Positions 38,832 to 48,546 of a stretch of DNA of 64,000 nt are shown piece by piece. Both the position numbers and the translations under genes were made by a program. The notes beneath the pieces were generated by a model. The model ran no database searches. It had not been told where the DNA came from and was given only the letters and a program-made list of their open reading frames with translations. Each line of letters opens with the position of its first letter. Positions within the stretch are counted from its first letter, which is position 1. The stretch comes from Candidatus Kerfeldbacteria bacterium (GTDB lineage Bacteria > Patescibacteriota > Patescibacteriia > UBA9570 > XYC2-FULL-38-9). Location of the stretch: assembly GCA_016182555.1 (NCBI GenBank), contig JACPGJ010000002.1, positions 48,040 to 112,039 on the forward strand, given 5' to 3'.

Positions 38832-39038
38832 TTAATCTAAATAACCCAAATCTTCCAAGCGTTTTTTTACATCTGCTTCTTGCGCTGCCGTATAGCCCGT
38901 CGCGGTATCGTTTGCTGTTTGTTTTAACACCTCTTCTAAAATGTAGCACACATACTGCTCAACGGATTGAAATTCGCCAGAGGCTTTTACGCGTTCTTCC
39001 AATTGTTTTGCCAACGTTTCCGGTAATGTAATGTTCAT
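38832..39038 (-). CDS. Small RHH/CopG-like protein with RLxxLGYLD tail
   Basis: MNITLPETL...FQSVEQYV...DVKKRLEDLGYLD. Confidence 0.82.
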   Translation of the reverse strand: MNITLPETLAKQLEERVKASGEFQSVEQYVCYILEEVLKQTANDTATGYTAAQEADVKKRLEDLGYLD

Positions 39039-39200
39039 GGGAGTCTATAATTAGTTCACTTTATTCGTGCAATTATAGTATACATTTTCGTTCTCATCGT
39101 CAACTATTCAGCAACCATTGTTATTTAAAATTGAAAAGTGGACTGCAACCATTGCTTTTTTCATTTATTTCGATATGATGTGTATATTATTTATAACTGT

Positions 39201-40133
39201 ATGGAATTAACTCAACATCGCATTTCATCGTTTGGCGATCTCCTCGATTTATGGAAACAAGGGAGCAAAACCGGCCTACAAAGTATTGAATTTGATTTGA
39301 GCGTTGGGCATCGGTCGGACGCCAGCACTCATCTTGATATCGGTCATCCCTTGGATTTGCTGCAGAGAGAAAAAAGAAACCAAACACCCATTCCCGCAGA
39401 AGAATTTTTTGACCAATTATCAACAGTAGGCATCAATGAAATTGTTATTGATATCAAAGCGCGTGGTTTTAACAAAGCGAAGTTCCAGAATGATGCCGGG
39501 CAACCAATAGCGGATGCAGAGTTTTTTGTTGGAGATCAGGAAAAATTATATCAAGAATTACCCGCGTTGTTGAAAACATATCAAGAGCAAGCACGTGAGA
39601 GGACTGGTAGAGAATCACGTATTGTTATCGCTTCAGTATTTCCAGAATTTTTTCTTCCAGAAGGAGAGGTGGCGGCTCATTCAGCAGCGTTTTTTCAAGA
39701 CTTATTGAAGTTGGGTGTCGCTACACGTTTTTTTGCCAGAACATTTGATGCGAAAGATTCAGAAAAAGATGTGAGTAAAAAAAGAAAAATCGATCCATTT
39801 GCTGAAGCAAACCGTTTAGGAGTTACGCAAATCGGTATCGAATTGCCAAAGCAGAATCTTGGAGAATATTTACGTTGGTTGAAGACATTACCACAGTATG
39901 AGCAGTATAGAGAATTCATTTCATTTTACACTGTTGATGATAAAACAGATTTAACAGAGATTCAAAAAGAGTTTCCCCGTGCAGAGGTTATTACCAATAA
40001 ATCATTTGCGTTAGAAGAAATTTCAAATAACAGTACAGAACAAGAAAAACGCAGAGAGGATGACGCGGTTCGTCAGAAAGAAGTAGCGCCATTCACTGTG
40101 AAAAACCCAGAATGGAAAACAAGATTTAATTAA
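39201..40133 (+). CDS. Divergent glycerophosphodiester phosphodiesterase-like protein
   Basis: HR near N-terminus, IEFD, IDIK, YTVDD, VITN in GDPD order. Confidence 0.55.
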   Translation: MELTQHRISSFGDLLDLWKQGSKTGLQSIEFDLSVGHRSDASTHLDIGHPLDLLQREKRNQTPIPAEEFFDQLSTVGINEIVIDIKARGFNKAKFQNDAGQPIADAEFFVGDQEKLYQELPALLKTYQEQARERTGRESRIVIASVFPEFFLPEGEVAAHSAAFFQDLLKLGVATRFFARTFDAKDSEKDVSKKRKIDPFAEANRLGVTQIGIELPKQNLGEYLRWLKTLPQYEQYREFISFYTVDDKTDLTEIQKEFPRAEVITNKSFALEEISNNSTEQEKRREDDAVRQKEVAPFTVKNPEWKTRFN

Positions 40134-40141
40134 CTATACGT

Positions 40142-40819
40142 ATGGCTGAAATAAAAACAATTGCAGACGTTATTCCGTTTCAAAAACCGCAAGATTCGAT
40201 TTTTTCGAAATTGATCAATCGGAAATTTTCACGCATCATCACCTTTTATTTGGTGAGAAATGTGAAGGGGATTCACCCCACACATATTAACATTGCTTCA
40301 CTCATTATTAGTCTTGCGGGGTGTGCCATGTTTTGGCACCCAAGTTACTGGGTACGATTCGCCGGTATTTTTGTGTTGCAACTTGGGTTCACGCTGGACT
40401 GCTGCGATGGGGAAATTGCGCGTATTAAAAATGTGGCCAGCCCTTTCGGAGCGTGGTTCGATTCTGTACTAGACCGCTTCAAAGAATTTGCGATGCTCGC
40501 TTCACTCATGGCGTTTTCGTATTTTCACCAACCGTATGGCGTGCATGTACTGGTCGTTGGCTTCCTGGCAATTATTGGTTTGCAACTTGTTTCCTATTTG
40601 CGTGAGGCAAAAAAGAGTTCTTGGCCATCGACGCGCACTGCCGAAGTGGCGATTAGCAAAAATATCTATATTGGAACGGTAGACGTAACCATTTACCTTG
40701 TCTGTTTTGCTGTTTTTCTTAACGCTCAGTATTATATGCTTTGGTTTTTCTTAACGCTCAGTTTACCGATGATTGCTAAGCAACTTCGCTCTGCGTTTCG
40801 TTTAGCTAAAAAATCATAA
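40142..40819 (+). CDS. CDP-alcohol phosphotransferase family
   Basis: DCCDGEIARIKNVASPFGAWFDSVLD signature. Confidence 0.92.
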   Translation: MAEIKTIADVIPFQKPQDSIFSKLINRKFSRIITFYLVRNVKGIHPTHINIASLIISLAGCAMFWHPSYWVRFAGIFVLQLGFTLDCCDGEIARIKNVASPFGAWFDSVLDRFKEFAMLASLMAFSYFHQPYGVHVLVVGFLAIIGLQLVSYLREAKKSSWPSTRTAEVAISKNIYIGTVDVTIYLVCFAVFLNAQYYMLWFFLTLSLPMIAKQLRSAFRLAKKS

Positions 40820-40830
40820 TATGCATTCCC

Positions 40831-41316
40831 ATGAATGAATATACACATCCAGTGGTGAAAAAATTACAGAATGAATCATATACGCCACAACAAGAGTACT
40901 GTGTGACTCGAGCCTTGCGTACGGTGTTTGCTCCAGAATTACGCCGCTATACTATTCAACACATTCCAAAATATGATAGTTTAAAAGGTCAGTCATTGGA
41001 GTCAATTGACCAAAAAAAATTTGCTGATATTGATTTTGAGATTGCAATTGAGATCCAGACTAATGCTAAAATGAAAGAGCTTTTATGGCGACTATTAGAA
41101 ACGCAAATGAGTGCACCAACAGACGTCGCCATAAAATCAGAAGTCGAATTATTTGCGGAATATATGTATCGGCAATCTGATGCGACAAAACAAAATGAAG
41201 TAATCCAAGCATTTCCTGAATACAAAGAACATATCATTTCTGAATATATGAGGCGTTCTGCTTTGCATAATGCTCAAACAATGCGTGAGCAAAAACGATC
41301 GATTGTTTTTCACTAA
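40831..41316 (+). CDS. Hypothetical protein
   Basis: 161-aa ORF in operon position; no family recognised. Confidence 0.6.
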   Translation: MNEYTHPVVKKLQNESYTPQQEYCVTRALRTVFAPELRRYTIQHIPKYDSLKGQSLESIDQKKFADIDFEIAIEIQTNAKMKELLWRLLETQMSAPTDVAIKSEVELFAEYMYRQSDATKQNEVIQAFPEYKEHIISEYMRRSALHNAQTMREQKRSIVFH

Positions 41317-41322
41317 TAACAA

Positions 41323-42081
41323 TTATTTTTTGTTTTGATTGCTATCGTATTCCATGAACACTTTGTAGTTCAACAGGCCAGAAATAGTGGAAAAGAAGAA
41401 GGCGAGAGCGGCGTAGAGAACAATACCAAAAGCAGCGTGATTTGTGAGCCCAAAAATAGTATAGAGTAATACGCGGTCAGAAAGTTTAAATAGGGAAGAG
41501 TGTTTGAGTGTGCGAAGCAACTGATTTCCTTTATCATTTTTAATAAACATGCGCGGAGTGTCTTTTTTGCCACTCGTTTCGAGTGTGAACATATCGCGGT
41601 TGAGCGCGCAGATATTTCGCAAGAATTGAAAGAAGATGCCGAAGAAAGCAAGGAGCAATACCCACACGAGTTGGTCACCAGAAGCGGTGTATGCACCCCA
41701 AGCGAAGCCGATAAGAATACATCCGTCTTTGATTTTATCTGAATGATAATCAAACCATGCGCCGGCTTGAATTTTTAACCCCATCAAGCGCGCGAGTTGA
41801 CCATCGCAACAATCGAAGATAAATGAGATGTGCAGAATAATGACGCCCCATATCAACGATTGATAATCGCCGCGAGAAAAAAGATACGCGGTGAGAAGCC
41901 CCAGCATCAGCGAACTGCTCGTGAAAAAATTCGGTGTTACACGAGGCAAAAAACGAAACGTAAACCAAACAATTCGATTTGCCACTTGCGCGGAAAAATA
42001 ATACGCCAAAAATCCGTCTTCTTTTTTAATAACATCATGTGGAGCAGTATAGGGTGCGGCGATCGGGCGTTGGTTAGACAT
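41323..42081 (-). CDS. CDP-alcohol phosphotransferase family
   Basis: VTPN, DCCDGQLAR...GAWFDYHSD signature. Confidence 0.92.
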   Translation of the reverse strand: MSNQRPIAAPYTAPHDVIKKEDGFLAYYFSAQVANRIVWFTFRFLPRVTPNFFTSSSLMLGLLTAYLFSRGDYQSLIWGVIILHISFIFDCCDGQLARLMGLKIQAGAWFDYHSDKIKDGCILIGFAWGAYTASGDQLVWVLLLAFFGIFFQFLRNICALNRDMFTLETSGKKDTPRMFIKNDKGNQLLRTLKHSSLFKLSDRVLLYTIFGLTNHAAFGIVLYAALAFFFSTISGLLNYKVFMEYDSNQNKK

Positions 42082-43144
42082 ACTTCGAGATAAATATATT
42101 ATATTGTTCAATACAGGCTATTGCTTTTTTTCGATCCAGATTCAGTTGTTCAAAAATGGTGTAGCGTTCCGAACGAGTTTCAGGTGCGCGGAGCAATACT
42201 TCAACCATTTGTTCGTCAGTTAACCCGAGGGCAGTATGCGTTAGTGGTAAATGAACGCTTTTGAAAAAATCAATCAAATGTTCGATAGATTCTCCACGCA
42301 TCATGCCGGTCAATAGCATGCCATACGCTACTTGCAGGCCATGCATAGAAGTTTTTGGATATAACAAATCAATGGCATGTGAAATTTTATGTTCAGAACC
42401 CGAACATGGTCGAGAACTGCCAGCAATATTCATGGCAATGCCAGATAAAATTAACCCATGCACCAGCTTTTGTAAAAATGTTTCTTCTTGTAAATCCATT
42501 TTGCCCCCGCGGCAAGTTTCATAAATGAGTTGTGCCGCAGAGTAGGCGATAGACGCTGCAAAATCATCCATCGATTCTTTTCCAGCAGCGTAGGCTAAAC
42601 GCCAATCCGCAATGGCAGACATGTTTGAGATTAAATCGCCAACACCCGAACGAATATTTTCTATTGGCGCGCTGGTAAGCATTTTTGTGTCTACTAAAAT
42701 ACCAACGGGCATATTTACTGGAATGCTTTCCGTGAGCCCTTCTTCATTGATTAACACAGCGACGGGAGATGAAATACCATCATTTGAAGGAGAAGTTGGG
42801 ATAGAGATGTAGTTCACGCCAGCTTTCGTTGCAATATATTTCCCCAAATCCAGCACCCGACCGCCACCAATATTGACCAATACATCATTCCGTTTTTCGC
42901 GAATTTCACGAATAATTTCTTTTGCACGAGCAAGAGAGTTTTCATTTGTCAGAATTGTTGCTGGGTCGTTCAGCGCATGCACGACATCGTTTCCACCCAT
43001 TTCTAAAATATGTTTTTCAGAAATAATTAACGGTTTTTGAAAATGGATATGCTGTTCATCTAAAATTTTTCGAATATTTCTGAGACAGCCGGTTTCTATT
43101 TTAATAAACAAAGGAATTTGAATGTTGCGTAGAATGACTGACAT
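42074..43144 (-). CDS. Glycerol-1-phosphate dehydrogenase-like (EgsA/AraM/Gtp1 family)
   Basis: GGGRVLDLGK, PTSPSNDGISSP, SRPCSGSEHKISHA, HGLQV. Confidence 0.88.
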   Translation of the reverse strand: MSVILRNIQIPLFIKIETGCLRNIRKILDEQHIHFQKPLIISEKHILEMGGNDVVHALNDPATILTNENSLARAKEIIREIREKRNDVLVNIGGGRVLDLGKYIATKAGVNYISIPTSPSNDGISSPVAVLINEEGLTESIPVNMPVGILVDTKMLTSAPIENIRSGVGDLISNMSAIADWRLAYAAGKESMDDFAASIAYSAAQLIYETCRGGKMDLQEETFLQKLVHGLILSGIAMNIAGSSRPCSGSEHKISHAIDLLYPKTSMHGLQVAYGMLLTGMMRGESIEHLIDFFKSVHLPLTHTALGLTDEQMVEVLLRAPETRSERYTIFEQLNLDRKKAIACIEQYNIFISKYV

Positions 43145-43145
43145 A

Positions 43146-43880
43146 TTATTGTCGTATCTGTTTAATCAGTTCTTTCGCCGCTTCCAAATCTTCGTGTGTG
43201 TCAATTTCCATGACGGGCAATCCTTCGGTGGATATTTTTTTAATTTGTGTTCCGTAGTCGTCAATCATTTGCTGAATAGCATCTTCATAGTACACTAACG
43301 GGTCTTCACCCATCTTTTTTTCCGCGGCCGCCAGTAGCGCATCTTTTGTGGGTTTTGAAAAACGGAGAATACCGACATATTCGCCATGTGCTGTTGCTGG
43401 GTCGAGTGTTTTGTGAATGCGTTGAATGTATCCGTTCTCATCAGCAAGGACTTTCATTTCTTCTTCGCCGAGCGTTTTTACATCATCTACCATCATCGCA
43501 TTTGCTTCCGGTGAAGCCAATAATTTTTTCAAAATATCGGTATGAAAAATAGTATCGGAATTGATCCAAACAAAATCGTCATCGAACAAATGTTCCGCGG
43601 AAGGGATGCCAATGATATTTCCGGTTGTGGCATATTCGGGAATAAAATGCAGATCAATACTCACGTCATTGGCATCGGCATACCGTGAGGTAAATTCTTC
43701 AACGAATTCATGCCCGTGACCCGTGAGAATATCAAAGTGCTCCATGCCAGCATGCCGTGCATTATCTAAAATATGCTCTAAAATGATTTTTTCATCTACA
43801 GGAAGTAATGTCTTTGGAATAGTATCAGTTTTTGGACGAAGTCGTTTGGAAACTCCACCGGCTAAAATAATACAGCGCAT
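43146..43880 (-). CDS. Cytidylyltransferase (LicC/IPCT/Gtp2-like NTP transferase)
   Basis: MRCIILAGGVSKRL...PKTLL, INSD, EEEMKV, EIDTHEDL. Confidence 0.88.
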   Translation of the reverse strand: MRCIILAGGVSKRLRPKTDTIPKTLLPVDEKIILEHILDNARHAGMEHFDILTGHGHEFVEEFTSRYADANDVSIDLHFIPEYATTGNIIGIPSAEHLFDDDFVWINSDTIFHTDILKKLLASPEANAMMVDDVKTLGEEEMKVLADENGYIQRIHKTLDPATAHGEYVGILRFSKPTKDALLAAAEKKMGEDPLVYYEDAIQQMIDDYGTQIKKISTEGLPVMEIDTHEDLEAAKELIKQIRQ

Positions 43881-43905
43881 AAAATATATTAATGGAAAAG
43901 TATTT

Positions 43906-43987
43906 GAGAGCCAGAGCGGCAATTCCGGAGAGAGCACGTATTTGCGAAGCAAAACGAAGCTCTCGAGGAATTGTCGCTACGGCTCTC
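43906..43987 (+). repeat. 52-nt-core palindromic repeat, copy 4
   Basis: Core 43921-43972 with compensatory T-A to C-G pair; outer GAGAGCC/GGCTCTC. Confidence 0.9.
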
Positions 43988-43993
43988 TACAGC

Positions 43994-45460
43994 TTATAAA
44001 TCATTTGTATTCTTTTCGATTTTTCTTGTGAGAATCTGTTTCATAATAATTTTATCTTCCTCACTAAAGAATCGGAATATCCATAAGGCGAATAGATACA
44101 CAAAAGCTCCAAGAATAACCAAAACTATAACAGGAAGTGTTCCTTTTGACAAGTATAAAACACTGAACATCACGACGGTTGCACCGATAATGGGCAATAG
44201 TGATGCGAGGTCGCGGAGATTCGATTGACGCAAGAAATGATTCGAGAGATAAATAGACGAAACCGTAATCGTGATTTCCGTAATGAGCGTAGCAATCGCT
44301 GCACCAGTAGCTCCATAATTTCGCACCAAAAAAATATCGAGCACGACATTTAAAACCAACGTTGCCAATTGAATGCCGGCACGCAGCCCCTGATGATCGG
44401 TTGTGGTTAACGAATTTCCATGACCAATGCCCACAAAGCGAATAGCCAGAAACCACCCGAAGACTTGTAACACTGGAACGGCCGCCAAAAATTCCGGTTT
44501 ATGGTAGACCAGTGGAATAATCGCTGGTGCCAAAAACCATAATCCAATACCCGCAGGAATACCAATGGCAGCAAGATATCGATTCGTTAAATTTTGTGCA
44601 CGGGTATATTTTTCCATATTGTTCTTGCTGTAGCGATACATAATTGGCATCGTCACCTGGAATAACATGAGCGGCACAAATAAGAACATCGACACTAACT
44701 TCGCTGCCGCAGAATAAATACCCACTTCTCCTTGATCACGAATAATCGAAATAATAATTTGATCGATTTGAAAATAGAGCATGAAGAACATATTGTACAA
44801 GGTGAACACATACGCTTGTTTGATCATGGGTAGAATCAATTTCGTGTCGAATTGTGGCTTCACTAGTTTTCGTGTATAGGCAAATAACAGCACGATACAA
44901 AATAGATCAACCCATAAACTAGTGTGCGCAATACCAAGCAAACCGCGGTCTGGATTTTTCACCAACCAAATAATGCCAAAAGTAAAGAAACAAAAGAGCG
45001 TGCCGTTGATTACTTCCACCACGCCGATAATTTTTAGGTTCAGTGCTACACGAAAGACGCCACGCATCACTTTTCGGAATTCAAATATGAGGTTTGATGC
45101 ACCAAGAAGGGCCATGAGCACAATGGTGGTATGCGAATAACCAATGCCAACTCCAATACCAATAATGATAAAAAAGAGTATCACGGATAACACCGTTTCA
45201 ACTAACAATGTATTCCCAAAATAAATCGCCATCTTTTTTTCATCCCGTGCTCCTTCACGCACAATTAAGGTGCTCATTCCTAAATCATTGAGCGCCAAAA
45301 ACATATTTGCCCACGCTGTTGCGGTTTCAAACATGCCGTAGCGTTCTTTGCCCAGATAGTTGGCGGCGTAAATTAACGCAATCGCGGTCAGAAATCGAAA
45401 TGCGGTTCGCGCAATCAACAAGTACGATACATTTTTAAATACCGATTTGGCAGTGCTCAT
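43994..45460 (-). CDS. wzx: Wzx-type polysaccharide flippase
   Basis: Many TMs; NDLG, IDQIII...VGIYSAA, YGATGAAIAT. Confidence 0.88.
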   Translation of the reverse strand: MSTAKSVFKNVSYLLIARTAFRFLTAIALIYAANYLGKERYGMFETATAWANMFLALNDLGMSTLIVREGARDEKKMAIYFGNTLLVETVLSVILFFIIIGIGVGIGYSHTTIVLMALLGASNLIFEFRKVMRGVFRVALNLKIIGVVEVINGTLFCFFTFGIIWLVKNPDRGLLGIAHTSLWVDLFCIVLLFAYTRKLVKPQFDTKLILPMIKQAYVFTLYNMFFMLYFQIDQIIISIIRDQGEVGIYSAAAKLVSMFLFVPLMLFQVTMPIMYRYSKNNMEKYTRAQNLTNRYLAAIGIPAGIGLWFLAPAIIPLVYHKPEFLAAVPVLQVFGWFLAIRFVGIGHGNSLTTTDHQGLRAGIQLATLVLNVVLDIFLVRNYGATGAAIATLITEITITVSSIYLSNHFLRQSNLRDLASLLPIIGATVVMFSVLYLSKGTLPVIVLVILGAFVYLFALWIFRFFSEEDKIIMKQILTRKIEKNTNDL

Positions 45461-45463
45461 ATA

Positions 45464-46522
45464 TTACAGACGTTCAAATAATTTTTTATATTGTGCCGCA
45501 ACATCTTCCCAGCGAGAATGTTCACGGGTGTATGCGGCTGCCGTTTTTCCAAATGTCTGGCGTTGCGCCGGATGGTTGAGCCATGTCAATACCGCATTGG
45601 TGTATGCTTCTGTATCGCCTGGAGTAATCAATATACCGTTGTGTTGATCGGCAATAGCAGAGGGAATTCCGTCAATACGCGAAGCAATGACCGGCAAACC
45701 GTATGCGGCGGCTTCAATGGCAACAAAACCGAATCCTTCCGCATCACCATCAACATTGATATTCGGCATAACAAATAGATCAGCGGCAGAGTAGAGGAAC
45801 CGTAATTCTTCATCAGTCACTTTGCCGAGCAGACGGACATGGTGCGCTAGATTCAACTGTTGAATCAATGATTCAATCTGTTCTTTTTCTGGTCCAGTGG
45901 AAACAATGAGGTATATTGGTAGTGGCTGTGGAAGCTTTGCAAATACGTGCTCAATGAACCATGCCACGCCTTTGCGGCGCACAAGCCGGCCAACAGTGAG
46001 GAGCCATGGTTTTTCTGTAGGGAGAGAAAAACGTGCTGCCAATTTTTTTCGTGCTTGCGTTCTATCAATGACTGGTGGTTGAACCACGCCGTGTGTAATA
46101 ATAGAAATTTTTTCTGCGGGAATACCATTTTTCTTGAGAAGATCTGCGGTGAAATCACTCACAGCGACAAAATGATTGATAGAGCGGAGTGATCGGCGGA
46201 TCAGCCATTGATAGCCGGGGATACTGTTGAACGTAAGTTCCAGAGCATGCACCGTTACCACGATCGGTTTTTGCATGAACCATTTCAATATGATCGCAAT
46301 GGGACCCAACACTAAATCTCCAAGATGAATCAGGTCAACGCGACGAGATAGAAACAACGCGCGCACGCAGAGCAGAGGAGCTGCCCAAAGAATATCCAAT
46401 TTCCGCTGTCCATAATGGATGATTGTTTTGGGGCCAGCATAATTTTCTGTGAGCTCCCAACTAAATGTTTCCATACCACCTTTTTGTGGTGGAAATTTTC
46501 GTGTCAAAAAAAGAATACGCAT
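45464..46522 (-). CDS. Glycosyltransferase family 4 (PimB-like)
   Basis: MRILFLTRKFPPQKGGME, GRLVRRKG, EGFGFVAIEAA. Confidence 0.9.
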   Translation of the reverse strand: MRILFLTRKFPPQKGGMETFSWELTENYAGPKTIIHYGQRKLDILWAAPLLCVRALFLSRRVDLIHLGDLVLGPIAIILKWFMQKPIVVTVHALELTFNSIPGYQWLIRRSLRSINHFVAVSDFTADLLKKNGIPAEKISIITHGVVQPPVIDRTQARKKLAARFSLPTEKPWLLTVGRLVRRKGVAWFIEHVFAKLPQPLPIYLIVSTGPEKEQIESLIQQLNLAHHVRLLGKVTDEELRFLYSAADLFVMPNINVDGDAEGFGFVAIEAAAYGLPVIASRIDGIPSAIADQHNGILITPGDTEAYTNAVLTWLNHPAQRQTFGKTAAAYTREHSRWEDVAAQYKKLFERL

Positions 46523-46577
46523 ATGATTCATTCTATTGTAGCAGACGGGCAGAAATAATTGAATAATTGAACAAGAA

Positions 46578-48545
46578 ATGATAGTATTTGTCAATATGAA
46601 AGAGCTTGTAAATTTTATGAGCCTCCCGTGGTGGACGTTGCAATGGATATCCGCCATTGTGCTTCTTTTTGCCATGTATCGCGCTACACGTTCGCAGTCA
46701 GAACGTTTTCCGTTTTTTACTGCACTCGCTTTTTTCCCTGGGCTGACATTGTATGAAGCGTTGATATTATGGCACGAACCCCTGTTGCAGAGCCAACATT
46801 TTCTGTTGACGGTTGCATGGGCAGCGTGTATTGCACAAATAGTATTTTCCGCAAAACCAGAGTGGCGTTTTTCAGTAAAGCAGTGGCGCTGGTTCGCCGC
46901 CGTTTTGCTGTGTATAACGGCCGTGCTGGCTGGAGTTATTCGCTTCTTCCCTACGCTTTTTCTGACATCCAGCCTGTTCGTATTATTCATCGTATTGTGG
47001 ATGCTCATCCTTCGTTTTGTTCCGTTGAATATGTTAGAACATGTTGCCGGCGAGACGCCAAAGCCGTTGCGACAGCAGTGGTATTGGGTTATCGCTATTG
47101 GCATTATCATTCTATGTGCGGGGTGGGTGCGCATCGCCAGTTTGAATGCATTTCCATTTCAAAACGATGAATTTTTTCACCTGGAAACCGCGAAAGGATA
47201 TGTGGAAACTGGTCGCTACGTTCAGTGGAATTTTTTAACGCAGCAGCCACAAGAGGTGTATACACGTGCCTGGCCGTATACGTGGCAGGTTGCGCAGAGT
47301 GCAAAGTTTTTTGGTTTTTCAGAATGGTCGCTACGGTTGCCAGCATTGGTGTGGGGGATGCTATTTCTGATCCTTGTTCCTTTCGTCGCTTATTCTTGGA
47401 CACGGCGTGCTTCGGTTGCTTTCACGGCCACACTCATTGCTGCTTTTGACCCCAGCCTCATTTGGTCTTCAAGTTATACTCGCATGTACTCCATGTTTTG
47501 GACATTGTCGTTATTCACTGTGTGGTGTTTTTGGAAAGCCGTGCATGAAAAAGAAATATCGGTAAAATCTCAGCACTCTGCGCAGCGTTGGGTATGGTTA
47601 TTCGTTTCGGGTGTAGCTGCCTGCGCCAGTGCGTTTATTCATGAAGCCGGGTTATTGTTATTTGCTGGCATGGGTGTAACCATAGTCGTATTGTGGCTGC
47701 GTGAACCAAAGAATAGGTATTATCGTGTATTAACTTTTTGTTTCTGTGCCGGCGTTGTGGCAGTATTCACGGCTCACGTGATTCACCCTTTTCTTCCATT
47801 GGGATTTATTACCCTGCGTCAACATCCAGCATTTAGCTATATGGATTATTTATTTGGAGAATTTTTATTACCTTGGTTTGCATTACTCATTACTGTGGCG
47901 TTTCTTTTTTTCACTCGCGCAAAACGATTACCATATTGGGTAATCATCGCTTCTAGCTTTGGCATTTCTCTCACAGGGTATTTTGTGTATTTTGCTAACC
48001 GGTATGCGGTACGTAAATATAGTTTCTTTTTCATCATGCCCGTATTCATCGTATTTGCCTATGCATGGGAGCAATATATGCAGTATTTGTTTCCTCAATC
48101 AGCCAAGCCGTGGCTGCGTCGAACGCTGAGTATTCTGCTATTCGTGTGGTTGGCTATTCCATTATCCTTTCCTGGCATTCCGGAGTCTTTCTTGTTTACG
48201 ACGGCACGTGCTGATAAATCATATACAGAGATTGAGTATTATAATTATCCGGTGGCCTATGCATATTTGGAAGAGCACGCAGAACCGAATGCAACAGTGT
48301 TGATGCTTTCTCCTCAAACTTACTATCTTCACCGAACAGATTTACATATTCAACGTTTGCCACTCGAACGTGCGCTCACGGTTGAAGAACTAAAATCGAT
48401 GCTGGCTGCTTCACACAGTGGCTGGATGGTGTTACCAAAATACAAACAATATCATCTTAACCCAGCGGTAAAAAATTACATTCAGAAACATCTACGTTTA
48501 GTGAATGATGATCCCAATACGAATATGTTGATCTATCAATGGTAG
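46578..48545 (+). CDS. GT-C fold membrane glycosyltransferase (PMT-like)
   Basis: NDEFFH, YTRAWPYTW, SEWSLRLP, RMYS. Confidence 0.82.
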   Translation: MIVFVNMKELVNFMSLPWWTLQWISAIVLLFAMYRATRSQSERFPFFTALAFFPGLTLYEALILWHEPLLQSQHFLLTVAWAACIAQIVFSAKPEWRFSVKQWRWFAAVLLCITAVLAGVIRFFPTLFLTSSLFVLFIVLWMLILRFVPLNMLEHVAGETPKPLRQQWYWVIAIGIIILCAGWVRIASLNAFPFQNDEFFHLETAKGYVETGRYVQWNFLTQQPQEVYTRAWPYTWQVAQSAKFFGFSEWSLRLPALVWGMLFLILVPFVAYSWTRRASVAFTATLIAAFDPSLIWSSSYTRMYSMFWTLSLFTVWCFWKAVHEKEISVKSQHSAQRWVWLFVSGVAACASAFIHEAGLLLFAGMGVTIVVLWLREPKNRYYRVLTFCFCAGVVAVFTAHVIHPFLPLGFITLRQHPAFSYMDYLFGEFLLPWFALLITVAFLFFTRAKRLPYWVIIASSFGISLTGYFVYFANRYAVRKYSFFFIMPVFIVFAYAWEQYMQYLFPQSAKPWLRRTLSILLFVWLAIPLSFPGIPESFLFTTARADKSYTEIEYYNYPVAYAYLEEHAEPNATVLMLSPQTYYLHRTDLHIQRLPLERALTVEELKSMLAASHSGWMVLPKYKQYHLNPAVKNYIQKHLRLVNDDPNTNMLIYQW

Positions 48546-48546
48546 T

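Noticed and set aside
40712-40762. 19-bp direct repeat GTTTTTCTTAACGCTCAGT inside a CDS
   Set aside because: Only two copies, read in different frames; likely a local duplication with no supportable function.
43881-43952. Shared N-terminus MLRKYVLSPELPL in ORFs ending at 43952 and 34475
   Set aside because: It is the translated palindromic repeat, not a protein motif.
28242-43972. 52-nt repeats as a CRISPR array
   Set aside because: Copies are kilobases apart and in both orientations, with no regular spacers and no cas genes.
46523-47134. N-terminal extension of the 556-aa ORF 45464-47134
   Set aside because: It is antisense to the GT-C gene; GT4 homology starts at MRILFLT (46522).
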